Virus record (IMG/VR): IMGVR_UViG_3300014050_000020
DNA from: an uncultured virus (IMG/VR IMGVR_UViG_3300014050_000020)
Taxonomy: Duplodnaviria; Heunggongvirae; Uroviricota; Caudoviricetes
Reading direction: 5' to 3' (one strand)
Length of the DNA stretch: 20,000 nucleotides
The first letter of the stretch is position 1. Each line of letters opens with the position of its first letter. The position numbers and the translations under genes are program-made. The notes below the pieces were generated by a model. That model ran no database searches. It was not told the DNA's origin and saw only the letters and a list, made by a program, of their open reading frames with translations. Shown here one piece after another: positions 1-8,820 of the stretch.

Positions 1-1
1 T

Positions 2-1159
2 ATTAATAATACCACAGGAAGTCTTTCCATACCAGTTGCCGATGGTACCAAAGACACCTCCTCATTGAGTATAGCTCTAATAGGTAAAAACAGTGCAAAT
101 TATGGAGAATTGCTAAATGAAAATTTAGTCAAGTTAATGGAAAATTTTGCCAGCACTACTCAACCAGCTGGTAGTCCGCTGACCGGTCAATTATGGTACA
201 ATACCACTGATAATACTCTGCGTGTTTATAATGGCACAACATTTGTCAAGGCCAGCTCTACCATTACTTTAGAAACACTGCCAAATGCTGTTAGTTATCT
301 TACTCATGTCAGCAGCGTCAGTGGTACTCCTGACCTAAAAACAGTGGGTACCAAGGGCATTACCATTACTCCCTATACCGGAAATGTTGGCGTCGGTATC
401 AGCAGCCTGGCACCAGCCCGGCTAGTGATAAATGGGCAAACCAATGACCCAACTCGGAGCCTGACAGGATTTGGTCAAGGCAACATTGGAGACATAAATG
501 TACCAGTGCAAGTACATGGCGCCGACAATGCCATTGCTGCCATTGGTGTAACTGCCTATTCTAATAATCAATTTGATTTTCCTGGCATGGCCGTAAGACG
601 AGCCAGAGGAACAGGAGCCAGTCCTCAGGGAATTCAAAATACTGACTGTATTGGTGGACTCGTCTGTCTAGGTCACGATGGCACTGCATTCACCACCTCG
701 AATCAGGGATTTATGGGATGGTTCGCTTCACAAAATTGGTCCACGTCAGCTCGAGGATGTGAGGCAGTAATTAATGTTACAAGAAATGGTCAAACAATTG
801 GTAGCAATGTGGTATGGTTTAGAAACAATCTCGATGCCGAATTCGCTGGTGATGTAGTCGCTTATTTTTCATCAGACCAAAGACTCAAAAAAGACATCAA
901 TCGAATAACCGATGCTTTGAGCAAAGTTTCAAAGCTGGATGGTATATATTTTAGATGGAACGATCTATCCGAAAAAACAGATAAAACTAGCCTACAGGTG
1001 GGCCTGATAGCCCAGCAGGTTCAAGCTGTGTTACCAGAAATCGTACAAGAAAAAAGCGACAATTATCTGGCAATTGACTACCAAAAACTAGTGCCATTGT
1101 TGATTGAATCAATCAAAGAACTCAAAGACCAAATTGACCAGCTAAAAAAGTCAAAATAG
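2..1159 (+). CDS. Tail fibre protein with C-terminal intramolecular chaperone (peptidase S74); 5' end lies just outside the window
   Basis: The frame is open from base 2 (INNTTGSLSIPVADGTKDTSSLSIALIGKN...NENLVKLMENFA), an N-terminus typical of fibre proteins, followed by GQLWYNT. The C-terminal S-D-x-R-L-K (SSDQRLKKDI), GLIAQQVQAVLPEIV, IDYQKLVPLLIESIKEL and terminal coiled coil form the S74 signature. Confidence 0.9.
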   Translation: MNNTTGSLSIPVADGTKDTSSLSIALIGKNSANYGELLNENLVKLMENFASTTQPAGSPLTGQLWYNTTDNTLRVYNGTTFVKASSTITLETLPNAVSYLTHVSSVSGTPDLKTVGTKGITITPYTGNVGVGISSLAPARLVINGQTNDPTRSLTGFGQGNIGDINVPVQVHGADNAIAAIGVTAYSNNQFDFPGMAVRRARGTGASPQGIQNTDCIGGLVCLGHDGTAFTTSNQGFMGWFASQNWSTSARGCEAVINVTRNGQTIGSNVVWFRNNLDAEFAGDVVAYFSSDQRLKKDINRITDALSKVSKLDGIYFRWNDLSEKTDKTSLQVGLIAQQVQAVLPEIVQEKSDNYLAIDYQKLVPLLIESIKELKDQIDQLKKSK

Positions 1160-1170
1160 AAGGATAAATT

Positions 1171-2004
1171 GTGCCCTTGCCAACTTGGACCACTCCCCCT
1201 TCAAGAATAAGTTTGGCTAATGTCCAGGCCGAATTTGGAGGATCAAATCCCATTAGAATGAGTGAATACTACAGTGGTGGTTCTTATGTGGCCGGCGGCA
1301 CAACAGGAACACCCAATGGTGTGGCCGCTGCTATACCCGCCAGTGGTAGAATATCATTAAAAAATTTCATTGGTAGTAGTGGAGCTGGTCCAACAACCAC
1401 TACATCTACTTCAACAACCACTACTACAACCACTGCTGCTCCAACAACCACTACTACAACCACTGCTGCTCCAACAACCACTACATCTACTTCAACAACC
1501 ACTAGTGGACCGGGTACGACCACAACAAGCACTTCAACATCCACAACAACGACTACCACAACGACATTGGGCCCACCATCTATTGATTACTTTATAGCTC
1601 TCAACAATGGTAATGTGCCTCCCTTTACCGTCAATGAAACTAGTAATAGAACTATGGGGTGGAGTTATTCGATAAACAACAGAGCTGGTAGAACATTGTA
1701 TTGGAAACTAGACCACTTTACTACAACCGACAGTGACTTTGATGGAGCTACTTTTGGACCCATATACACCGACTCCGGAGGAATAAGTGTAACAGTCAGA
1801 ACCGATGCCGCAACCGAAGGCAATGAAACATTTGGTATTAAGTTATACTCCGACGCTTTTACGACTGTATTTTATGACTGGGGTCAATATGTCACCATAA
1901 CTGATTCGTCGACTGCTGCCCCTGGTTCGACCACCACAAGCACTTCGACCACCACATCGTCTGACGGCGTACCGTCAGACGGCGGTGGCGACAGCGGCGA
2001 CTAA
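1171..2004 (+). CDS. Putative tail-fibre-associated adhesin: short N-terminal attachment-like domain, Thr-rich linker, Calx-beta-like domain, Thr-rich tail
   Basis: GTG start after AAGGA. The ISLANVQAEFGGSNPIRMSEYY...GRISLKNF motif is the type seen in small proteins downstream of S74 fibres. DAATEGNETF...VTITDSS resembles Calx-beta. Confidence 0.7.
   Translation: MPLPTWTTPPSRISLANVQAEFGGSNPIRMSEYYSGGSYVAGGTTGTPNGVAAAIPASGRISLKNFIGSSGAGPTTTTSTSTTTTTTTAAPTTTTTTTAAPTTTTSTSTTTSGPGTTTTSTSTSTTTTTTTTLGPPSIDYFIALNNGNVPPFTVNETSNRTMGWSYSINNRAGRTLYWKLDHFTTTDSDFDGATFGPIYTDSGGISVTVRTDAATEGNETFGIKLYSDAFTTVFYDWGQYVTITDSSTAAPGSTTTSTSTTTSSDGVPSDGGGDSGD
1390..1504 (+). repeat. Intragenic tandem/nested repeats encoding PTTTTSTS / PTTTTTTTAA
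   Basis: A 34-bp direct repeat at 1390-1423 and 1471-1504 brackets two 30-bp units (1411-1440 and 1441-1470, 1 mismatch). Confidence 0.9.
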
Positions 2005-2046
2005 TATTTGGAATCTCACACTCGCTGGTGTCGCGCAATTTAATCT

Positions 2047-5000
2047 ATGTCTAAAACCTTTGTAGTCCAACTAAGGAAAAACAGTCTCAGAGGTCCGATT
2101 AAGATTACTTCTAATGTTGTTTCCATCACCGGCATTGCCAATGGTTCAATATCATCTAACGATTTCAAAGACAACATCATTGGTCAAAGAATCTACACCG
2201 ATATAGATAGGACTGTTACTATTGTCAAACCTGTGGGCAGCCCGGTTGTAAAATCAATTAGTCTTGCCTATGCTCTGACCTCCAATGTCAGTATGATAAA
2301 TGAAGGTCAAGCAGTGCGAATCAGTTTAGAAACACTAGGGGTTGATTCTGGAGCCAGGGTAAATTTCACTGTGACCGGCGTCAGTTCCGGTGACATATTC
2401 AGCGAATATATAACAGGAACTTCGGGCTATTTTATTCTCGATGGTGCCGGCACTGCCTATAGAGATATAATCATATTAGAGGACAATTTAACCGAGGGCA
2501 CAGAAACAATGACAGTGACCGTTGACGGTGTTTTTCCAATTGTCAGTACCAGCGTTGTGATCAATAACACCAGTTCAACTGTGACAGGCAATGCAGTATT
2601 GAGTATAGGTGGCCACGGTGCAGAACTAGTTGGTTCTTACATATTGCCCAAGGCGCCCGTCTGGCTAATGTTTAGAATAACAGGTGCAGGTGGATCCGGA
2701 GGTAGCAGTCATAAAGATCTGGGCGGTTCCATTGGAGGCCGTGGTGGGGCAGGTATTAGTGTACGTGGCGTTGTACAATTACCTAGAACAGATAATAATA
2801 AAATACTAATGGGCGGTGTTGGCAGTGGCGGAGCCGGGACTAACGGAATCAATTCTCCAAGAATCAGCCCTGGAATAGGCTGGAGTTTCCCTATCAACAA
2901 TAATCTTAAAAATCTTTGTCTAGGTGGGATCGGCGGCGAAAGAGGTACGGAAAAATCAGGTGCAGGGGGCAACGGCGGTGGTAGCAGCGCATTGGGTTTT
3001 GTTATATCTGGTCCGGGCATCAATTTTATCGTTCCTATCGCCGCTGCCGGTGGCGGTGGTGGTGGTGGCGGTGCCAGTATAAATGGGTCAGGGGGCGCTG
3101 CACAAGTTGGTAATATAATTCCCTACCCGGCCAACACCATTGACAATCTAAACGGAGAACATGCAAAAAAATCAGATTTACCCATGGGCGGCGATGGTGG
3201 CGGTGGCGGTGGTGGCGGCGGTCTGGCCGGTTTCGCATCAAATTCAAAAGTTTTGACTTCTACCGGCGGAACTTCCGGATTGGTCATAAAAAATAACAAC
3301 AATGTATTGACTCAGATCAATTGGGCCGCATTTGAAGTAATTGCTGCTGACGGATCTCTAGATGTATCTACTGTATCAAACATCGTTGCTCGTACTTATG
3401 GCTATTTTGGTTCTGGGAGTCCGGGGGGTACATATTCTACTACCGGCTACTACGGAGCTCAAGGGGCTATAGCAGTCCATTGGACTACCGATATTACAGC
3501 ACCTACTAATTGGAATTTAGTTCCGGAATATCTGGAACCAAATATTATTTCAATTACAGATAGAACTATTACAACCAAGATCGACACTGATGCCTATTTC
3601 AAATTTAATCGTGACGGTACCATTGAAAGTAGCGAAAAAAATGGACCCGAGTACTGGACAGAATTGCCTCATGACAACATAGGAAATATCTATCAGGTAA
3701 GGGTAACTCGTTTAACAGGTAATGCAACTCTGATAAGCCCAGTCAATGGACTGGGAAATAGTCTAGGACAATGGTTGAATCTGAGCAGTGCCAAAGAATG
3801 GTGGTTAAAAAATACCAATGGTGCCACCAATCAGGCCAATTTAAAAATTGAGATCAGAGGTATGCTCAGTCAAACAATGTTTGCTGATGTTGAATATAGA
3901 TTAGTAAGTAGATCGTCAAACGACACAACAATGGTCAATCCTACAGTAGGTACTGGGGGATCGGCATATGTCAAAGGAGATTTCACTAATCCTGGAGTTT
4001 TACTGTTCAAGGTTTTCGATCAGGTAACCAACGGCGGAGGCAGAGATCTGTTTCTTAATCTAGTTGACAGCGATAATCGTAGTAATCTTATACCGCTTAA
4101 AGGCGATCCAAATGATTGGGACACCCGGGCCATAGGACAATGGGTTAACTTAAATTGTATTTCTTACGACGACGATCAAATTGATCCCAGGGCAACTTTT
4201 GTACAGCTTTGTACGTTTATTCCCGATACTAATTTTGCAAACGATGTAGTTAGCACCTGGGCAGATGTTATAAGTCAAGCTAATCAAGACCTAGGATTAT
4301 GGAACTCATTAGACCCAAGTATACAAGATCAGTATGATCCTATATTAGCTTTAGTAGCACAACGAGATGCTGAACTGGGAATAAACACGAATTTATTTGG
4401 TTCAGGTGTCACAGGGTCAGTGTTACCTGAAAACATAGGCACAGGCGCAGGCGTGCTTTCGCAAAACGGTAACCCACAAAATCTTGATACCAGCAGCGTC
4501 GGGGTCAGTCTATTAGATGAAGCAAATAGCCTGTTTACCGATGCTTCGGTGGTAGTAGGGTTTGGATTGACTTCGGGTTTCCGTAATCCCATTGAAACCT
4601 CGGATGCAGATGTATTATTACAACAATATCGAGATCGCGGTGGTCTGGCCGAAACTCCCTGGGAACAGAATCGACGTTTGGACGAACAGGCCAAAAACCT
4701 GCCCGCGGGCGAACTAACAGGTGCAGGTACACGTTCATTGGCTCCGCTTGCAGACGCCACTTTGGTAAGCGGCGACCTGGGGACATATGGAACAATACAA
4801 TTTGAAATACATGAAGGAGCTCCCGTTGATGTCAATGCTGCCGATCCCGGAATTCAAGGGCTATTATCTAATAGGGGTGATACTGGCTATATATTAACCG
4901 GCGATCGGTCCATTGATAAAGTCAGAACCCAATTGGAAACGAATTATGTAAAGGCTTTAGAAGATACGAATCTCAAAGTTGACGCAACCGGTTTGGTAAC

Positions 5001-6099
5001 AGGAAGAGAGTATTCTGCCAGTGCCTGGCAGATCATACAGCAATTTGAAAAGGTAGATTTAATTGACCAATTTTTAATATGGTATCCTGACGGTACGCTA
5101 AATGTTGCTGCAACTGTGCAATGGTTAGCTGCCAATGATCAGTATCAGGGCATCCAAACGTGGGCTCAGAGTCAAATTGATTCTATCAGACAGGCCACTG
5201 AAGTATTCAGAGATCCAGTTCAATGGGCCGATCTAACAAATAGTGAAAGATTACTGGTACTTAATCAATTGGAAGTTGCACCCTTTTTAGATTCTACACT
5301 TTTTTATCTTCAAGAGTCCGCCGGTATTAAAATTTTTCCCGACGGTTATCAGCCCGGTCGAATATTCACACCAGACGAACTAAGACAGGCCAATGACGAA
5401 TTTGCAGCCAAAAAACTGGCCTTGGCAGACCAATTGGCTGAGAGTAACGCAAGAGAAAATAACATCCAGACTACCGAATCGAGAAATGTTTCAGTATCCG
5501 AGTCAGATCAAGTTGACTCTTTTGATTCGATCTATTTCGAGTCTATCAACCAATCTGATTCAGATTGGACTGATTCACTCTTGTCACCGCCAGATGACAA
5601 CTTTGGCCAGAGTTTGGCCGAACGACTTGGTATTGGCATGCCAGGCGGATCTGTATTTGTTAGAGCACACCTGCCCGGCACCGATAAATCAGCCGGCCAT
5701 ATGGGTCCAGGAGATCCACTGGTTCTATTATCTCCGGACAGAAAAACCATAGTCGACGGAATAGTCATTGGCAATCGAATATCTAGACAGAAATTAATTA
5801 CATTGGTAAGCGAATCGGGAATTGAGCTTACATTGTCTGACAATACTCCTATTACACTGGAAGATGGAAGCTACATTAACAGTCGAGATGCATTTGGATA
5901 CAGGTTGCCGGTATTAGATGATGCAGGTTTTAGATGGGAAATAATTATCGATGTCAGAGACTTGGGACCGGGGCTGGTTGCTACAATCTATTGTCAAAAT
6001 CAATGTTATGCTGCCGGTGATTTTCCGGGCAGATACATTATTACACACAATATTAATTTTGAAAAATTTTCATCAACAAATTTTCAAAGAGAAAATTAA
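2047..6099 (+). CDS. Large (1350 aa) mosaic virion/tail adhesin-like protein: Calx-beta-like domain, glycine-rich region, unknown central region, C-terminal Hint-like domain
   Basis: INEGQAVRISLET...DNLTEGTETMTVTV (Calx-beta-like); GAGGSGG/GGGGGGG repeats; C-terminal GG-S-VFVRAHLP...YAAG...RYIITHN resembles a Hint domain. Confidence 0.7.
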   Translation: MSKTFVVQLRKNSLRGPIKITSNVVSITGIANGSISSNDFKDNIIGQRIYTDIDRTVTIVKPVGSPVVKSISLAYALTSNVSMINEGQAVRISLETLGVDSGARVNFTVTGVSSGDIFSEYITGTSGYFILDGAGTAYRDIIILEDNLTEGTETMTVTVDGVFPIVSTSVVINNTSSTVTGNAVLSIGGHGAELVGSYILPKAPVWLMFRITGAGGSGGSSHKDLGGSIGGRGGAGISVRGVVQLPRTDNNKILMGGVGSGGAGTNGINSPRISPGIGWSFPINNNLKNLCLGGIGGERGTEKSGAGGNGGGSSALGFVISGPGINFIVPIAAAGGGGGGGGASINGSGGAAQVGNIIPYPANTIDNLNGEHAKKSDLPMGGDGGGGGGGGGLAGFASNSKVLTSTGGTSGLVIKNNNNVLTQINWAAFEVIAADGSLDVSTVSNIVARTYGYFGSGSPGGTYSTTGYYGAQGAIAVHWTTDITAPTNWNLVPEYLEPNIISITDRTITTKIDTDAYFKFNRDGTIESSEKNGPEYWTELPHDNIGNIYQVRVTRLTGNATLISPVNGLGNSLGQWLNLSSAKEWWLKNTNGATNQANLKIEIRGMLSQTMFADVEYRLVSRSSNDTTMVNPTVGTGGSAYVKGDFTNPGVLLFKVFDQVTNGGGRDLFLNLVDSDNRSNLIPLKGDPNDWDTRAIGQWVNLNCISYDDDQIDPRATFVQLCTFIPDTNFANDVVSTWADVISQANQDLGLWNSLDPSIQDQYDPILALVAQRDAELGINTNLFGSGVTGSVLPENIGTGAGVLSQNGNPQNLDTSSVGVSLLDEANSLFTDASVVVGFGLTSGFRNPIETSDADVLLQQYRDRGGLAETPWEQNRRLDEQAKNLPAGELTGAGTRSLAPLADATLVSGDLGTYGTIQFEIHEGAPVDVNAADPGIQGLLSNRGDTGYILTGDRSIDKVRTQLETNYVKALEDTNLKVDATGLVTGREYSASAWQIIQQFEKVDLIDQFLIWYPDGTLNVAATVQWLAANDQYQGIQTWAQSQIDSIRQATEVFRDPVQWADLTNSERLLVLNQLEVAPFLDSTLFYLQESAGIKIFPDGYQPGRIFTPDELRQANDEFAAKKLALADQLAESNARENNIQTTESRNVSVSESDQVDSFDSIYFESINQSDSDWTDSLLSPPDDNFGQSLAERLGIGMPGGSVFVRAHLPGTDKSAGHMGPGDPLVLLSPDRKTIVDGIVIGNRISRQKLITLVSESGIELTLSDNTPITLEDGSYINSRDAFGYRLPVLDDAGFRWEIIIDVRDLGPGLVATIYCQNQCYAAGDFPGRYIITHNINFEKFSSTNFQREN

Positions 6100-6122
6100 T
6101 TTTAAAAAACTTCTTTAAATTC

Positions 6123-6458
6123 TTAATTCCATTTAAGCAAGAAGTAAGTAAGATCGCTTTCATATAATTGTGCAGCGATCTTAACTTGATAACCATAGTG
6201 AAACGGGTCTACAGCCAAGTTCCAAACTGGTGTTTCTACAGCAGTGGCCATGACCCACTGACCTTTTTCACTTTGTTGGAATTCCCATAGACCCTGCCCG
6301 GCATAGATTTCAGGATCTTCAACATCGCCTAATCTAAACGAATGTACTACTTGATGTTTAACGGCTTCCTGACGCGAGGTCCTGGGCAAGGGGGAAGATT
6401 CCGGCGATAACTGTTGCACAGGCTCGCGCCACTTCGACATGCTCTTGTTGGGTGCCAT
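6123..6458 (-). CDS. Conserved phage hypothetical protein (VHSFRLGDVEDPEIYA motif); true start uncertain, probably downstream of 6458
   Basis: The 3' two-thirds of the ORF reads as real protein. The longest start overlaps thyX by about 100 bp. Confidence 0.65.
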   Translation of the reverse strand: MAPNKSMSKWREPVQQLSPESSPLPRTSRQEAVKHQVVHSFRLGDVEDPEIYAGQGLWEFQQSEKGQWVMATAVETPVWNLAVDPFHYGYQVKIAAQLYESDLTYFLLKWN

Positions 6459-7032
6459 TTGCTGACCTTAGTTCAATATAGTGAATCCACGAGCGTAGTG
6501 TACCATTCATATACAACCTGCTCTCCATGAGTCCTTCGGGCAATACTGCTCGAGCTTGTTCTCGTGCAATACCATTTTCTATGGCCCAGTTATATGCTTC
6601 TTTACTAATTTTAATGATTCTCTTTTGATAGTCTTGCCAATTTTTTTCCAAAATAGGATCATTGACCTCAATGCTGTTCTGTCGATTAGTATTATCCTGT
6701 AAACGAGCCTGCCTTGTGATAAAGTTTAAATCTTGGGTTGGATCAGCATAGCGTTGGCTGAATTCTTGAAAACTAAAACTACGATGTCTCAATATCTGTC
6801 TGGCGATATCTCTGGTGGTAGTGATTTCTATGCAGGCACTGACCATTTCCAGCGGACTCCAATGTCGATGATTAATCAAGTATTTGATCAGACGATCGCT
6901 GGTTTCGGTATTAAATTGGTTGCTGGGATTACTTACTCTTGCACAGAACGCCACCAGGTCTTGGACATCCTGTAGTCCTTCTTGTTTAAACTCTTCGGTG
7001 GGCTGGCTATAACTAACTAATTTAACTTTCAT
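6358..7032 (-). CDS. thyX: Flavin-dependent thymidylate synthase ThyX
   Basis: ThyX motif RHRSFSFQEFSQRY (RHRX7S), plus HWSPLE and EQARAVLP...NGTLRSWIHYIELR...QQEH. Confidence 0.96.
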   Translation of the reverse strand: MKVKLVSYSQPTEEFKQEGLQDVQDLVAFCARVSNPSNQFNTETSDRLIKYLINHRHWSPLEMVSACIEITTTRDIARQILRHRSFSFQEFSQRYADPTQDLNFITRQARLQDNTNRQNSIEVNDPILEKNWQDYQKRIIKISKEAYNWAIENGIAREQARAVLPEGLMESRLYMNGTLRSWIHYIELRSANGTQQEHVEVARACATVIAGIFPLAQDLASGSR

Positions 7033-7367
7033 AGATTTTTTAAAATTTGATCGGTCACAGGTTGAACAGTATTGGCCACATCATCAATACTAACCATAAA
7101 ATTAATGTCTTTAATAATGTTGTCCAGTGCCTTCAACTTGAGATCAAGCATTTTTCCTAAAAGGTCCGGATCTGTACCGTCGGCCAGCAACTCCTTGACA
7201 TTTATAGAGACCACTGTGCCGTCGATTAAATTAACATCTAGTCCTATTAACATATCTATAGGTATATCGGCTTTGTCTATTTCCCTAAGAATTTTTTTCC
7301 ATTGGTCTTTTGAGTTAACATTAATTTTTTTGAGTTTTGGTCGAGGGTTTCTTTTTGGCGTTGTCAT
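7029..7367 (-). CDS. Hypothetical phage protein (112 aa)
   Basis: ORF overlaps both neighbours in an operon-like packing. Confidence 0.7.
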   Translation of the reverse strand: MTTPKRNPRPKLKKINVNSKDQWKKILREIDKADIPIDMLIGLDVNLIDGTVVSINVKELLADGTDPDLLGKMLDLKLKALDNIIKDINFMVSIDDVANTVQPVTDQILKNL

Positions 7368-7977
7368 TTTTTATACCAGGATCTAGAGTAACAGCTTCCT
7401 CCATAAGTACCTCGGCTTCTTTTAGTAGTCTCGCTGCATCGGCTCTCATGTTTTCTGCTTGTTTGACTCTCTGTAGTGCCAGATCTCGGTCGCTTAGTAT
7501 GTCGGAACTTGTGTCATTGACTTCAACAGTATTTGTGTTTGATGACAAAGTCTTTGACTTGATAGTTTTTTTTGCTTGCCTCTGCTGTTCATCGAGTTCT
7601 TTTAATCTTTGAATAGCATCGTTGCCTCTGCTCATTTCATCTAATAATCTGTTTAGCTCTGTTAACACAATAGAACTGTTACTGTTAGGAGTAATAATTA
7701 TTTGATCAGTTGGTACCTTTTTGATATGATTATCTTTATGCAAGACTTCTAGGCAATTAAGTCCGTCGGGCATGTAATTTCTAAATAGTACATCGCTTAG
7801 ATTATCACTCTGCTGCCCGGACTCGCTTTCTAAGATCTTCATTACTGCGTCGTGATACAGAGTAGGTAAGTTATCACTGTAAGTTACCAGACACATATGG
7901 TCCTCGCCCGGCACTTTTCTAAATAGTAAAACTACTTTTTTGTTTTTATGTTTGCCCACATGCTTAATCATGGTCAT
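7321..7977 (-). CDS. Conserved hypothetical phage protein with C-terminal coiled coil (218 aa)
   Basis: Long ORF with an ATGA overlap with the upstream gene (7974-7977). Confidence 0.8.
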   Translation of the reverse strand: MTMIKHVGKHKNKKVVLLFRKVPGEDHMCLVTYSDNLPTLYHDAVMKILESESGQQSDNLSDVLFRNYMPDGLNCLEVLHKDNHIKKVPTDQIIITPNSNSSIVLTELNRLLDEMSRGNDAIQRLKELDEQQRQAKKTIKSKTLSSNTNTVEVNDTSSDILSDRDLALQRVKQAENMRADAARLLKEAEVLMEEAVTLDPGIKNDNAKKKPSTKTQKN

Positions 7978-8222
7978 TCCTTGGAAGATTCTGCAATGTT
8001 ATTTACATCAATGCCTGCTACTTTTAAAAAGGCTACCATACGATCGTATAAAATGCCAACACTGCTTAATTCGTCGGCTTTCCAAGCAATGCGTTCTGTG
8101 GCCAATTGAATAACCTGTACCATTGCAGCAATATCTTGTAAAGTTAAAGTTGTTTTTTGTTCTTCCGACTGTTCTGTTGTTTGTGCGGGATCATTTGAAA
8201 TTTCTGAATTATTGATAGTCAT
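7974..8222 (-). CDS. Hypothetical phage protein (82 aa)
   Basis: GGAG RBS upstream of the ATG; TAAATA element at 8246-8251. Confidence 0.8.
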   Translation of the reverse strand: MTINNSEISNDPAQTTEQSEEQKTTLTLQDIAAMVQVIQLATERIAWKADELSSVGILYDRMVAFLKVAGIDVNNIAESSKE

Positions 8223-8245
8223 AGTGTCTCCAATTTGGGTAAAAA

Positions 8246-8251
8246 TATTTA
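8246..8251 (-). promoter_or_regulatory. Putative late-type promoter core TAAATA
   Basis: GTAAATAT on the - strand in the intergenic gap about 25 bp upstream of the ATG at 8222; resembles the T4 late consensus TATAAATA. Confidence 0.45.
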
Positions 8252-8288
8252 CTCCAAATATCTTTCTCCTATTTTTTATTGTCCAAAA

Positions 8289-8564
8289 TCAAAAAGTAGA
8301 TTGTTTTTTATTGATTTCATTTAATGAAATGGCAAAATAACTGGCTTCGCTGTGTATTTCGAATGCTGCTCGTTTAAAAAAACGGTTTTGTAAAATAATT
8401 TCGCCTAGATAAAACCTACCCTGTAGATTTTCGTATACCCAGTTTTTGATCAACTTTTCATTTACCAGACACTCAAAATCCACTGGAAAAAAATGTGGCG
8501 GACAATGGGCGATCTCTCTTATACCAAATATGTTAAGAGGATTGGGCTGAAAGTCTACGGTCAT
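8289..8564 (-). CDS. Conserved hypothetical phage protein (PNPLN...CPPHF motif, 91 aa)
   Basis: ORF in operon arrangement, overlapping the upstream gene. Confidence 0.75.
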   Translation of the reverse strand: MTVDFQPNPLNIFGIREIAHCPPHFFPVDFECLVNEKLIKNWVYENLQGRFYLGEIILQNRFFKRAAFEIHSEASYFAISLNEINKKQSTF

Positions 8565-8820
8565 CTTCGATGATAGTAACTGGAAGGTTAAGCAGTTCTT
8601 CCGAGATCTCAGGAACGGTTAATCTGTCACTAAGGCGCACTTGCGCGGCCTCCACGAAACTGGTCATTAAATGAGTCTGTTTAGTAATATCAGCAATCTC
8701 TGCACTGCGGGCTAGATCATCTAGGGCCTGTTCGCATTGAAACAGCCTACGCTGGAGTTCGGCAACAAGCTCACGAGCCTCCTTAATTTTCTTGATTGAT
8801 TTTGGATCACGAATTTCCAT
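8533..8820 (-). CDS. Hypothetical coiled-coil protein (95 aa)
   Basis: The start shares a base with the stop of the vWA gene (TAATG coupling). Confidence 0.75.
   Translation of the reverse strand: MEIRDPKSIKKIKEARELVAELQRRLFQCEQALDDLARSAEIADITKQTHLMTSFVEAAQVRLSDRLTVPEISEELLNLPVTIIEDDRRLSAQSS

Noticed and set aside
1284..1597. Val-rich antisense ORF (1284-1559) and LLQQP-repeat ORF (1370-1597)
   Set aside because: Alternative-frame shadows of the Thr-codon repeats.
2709..5843. Antisense/alternate-frame ORFs within the 1350-aa gene, including the His/Arg-rich 3035-3247
   Set aside because: Shadows of Gly-rich GGN codons with no RBS or recognisable motifs.
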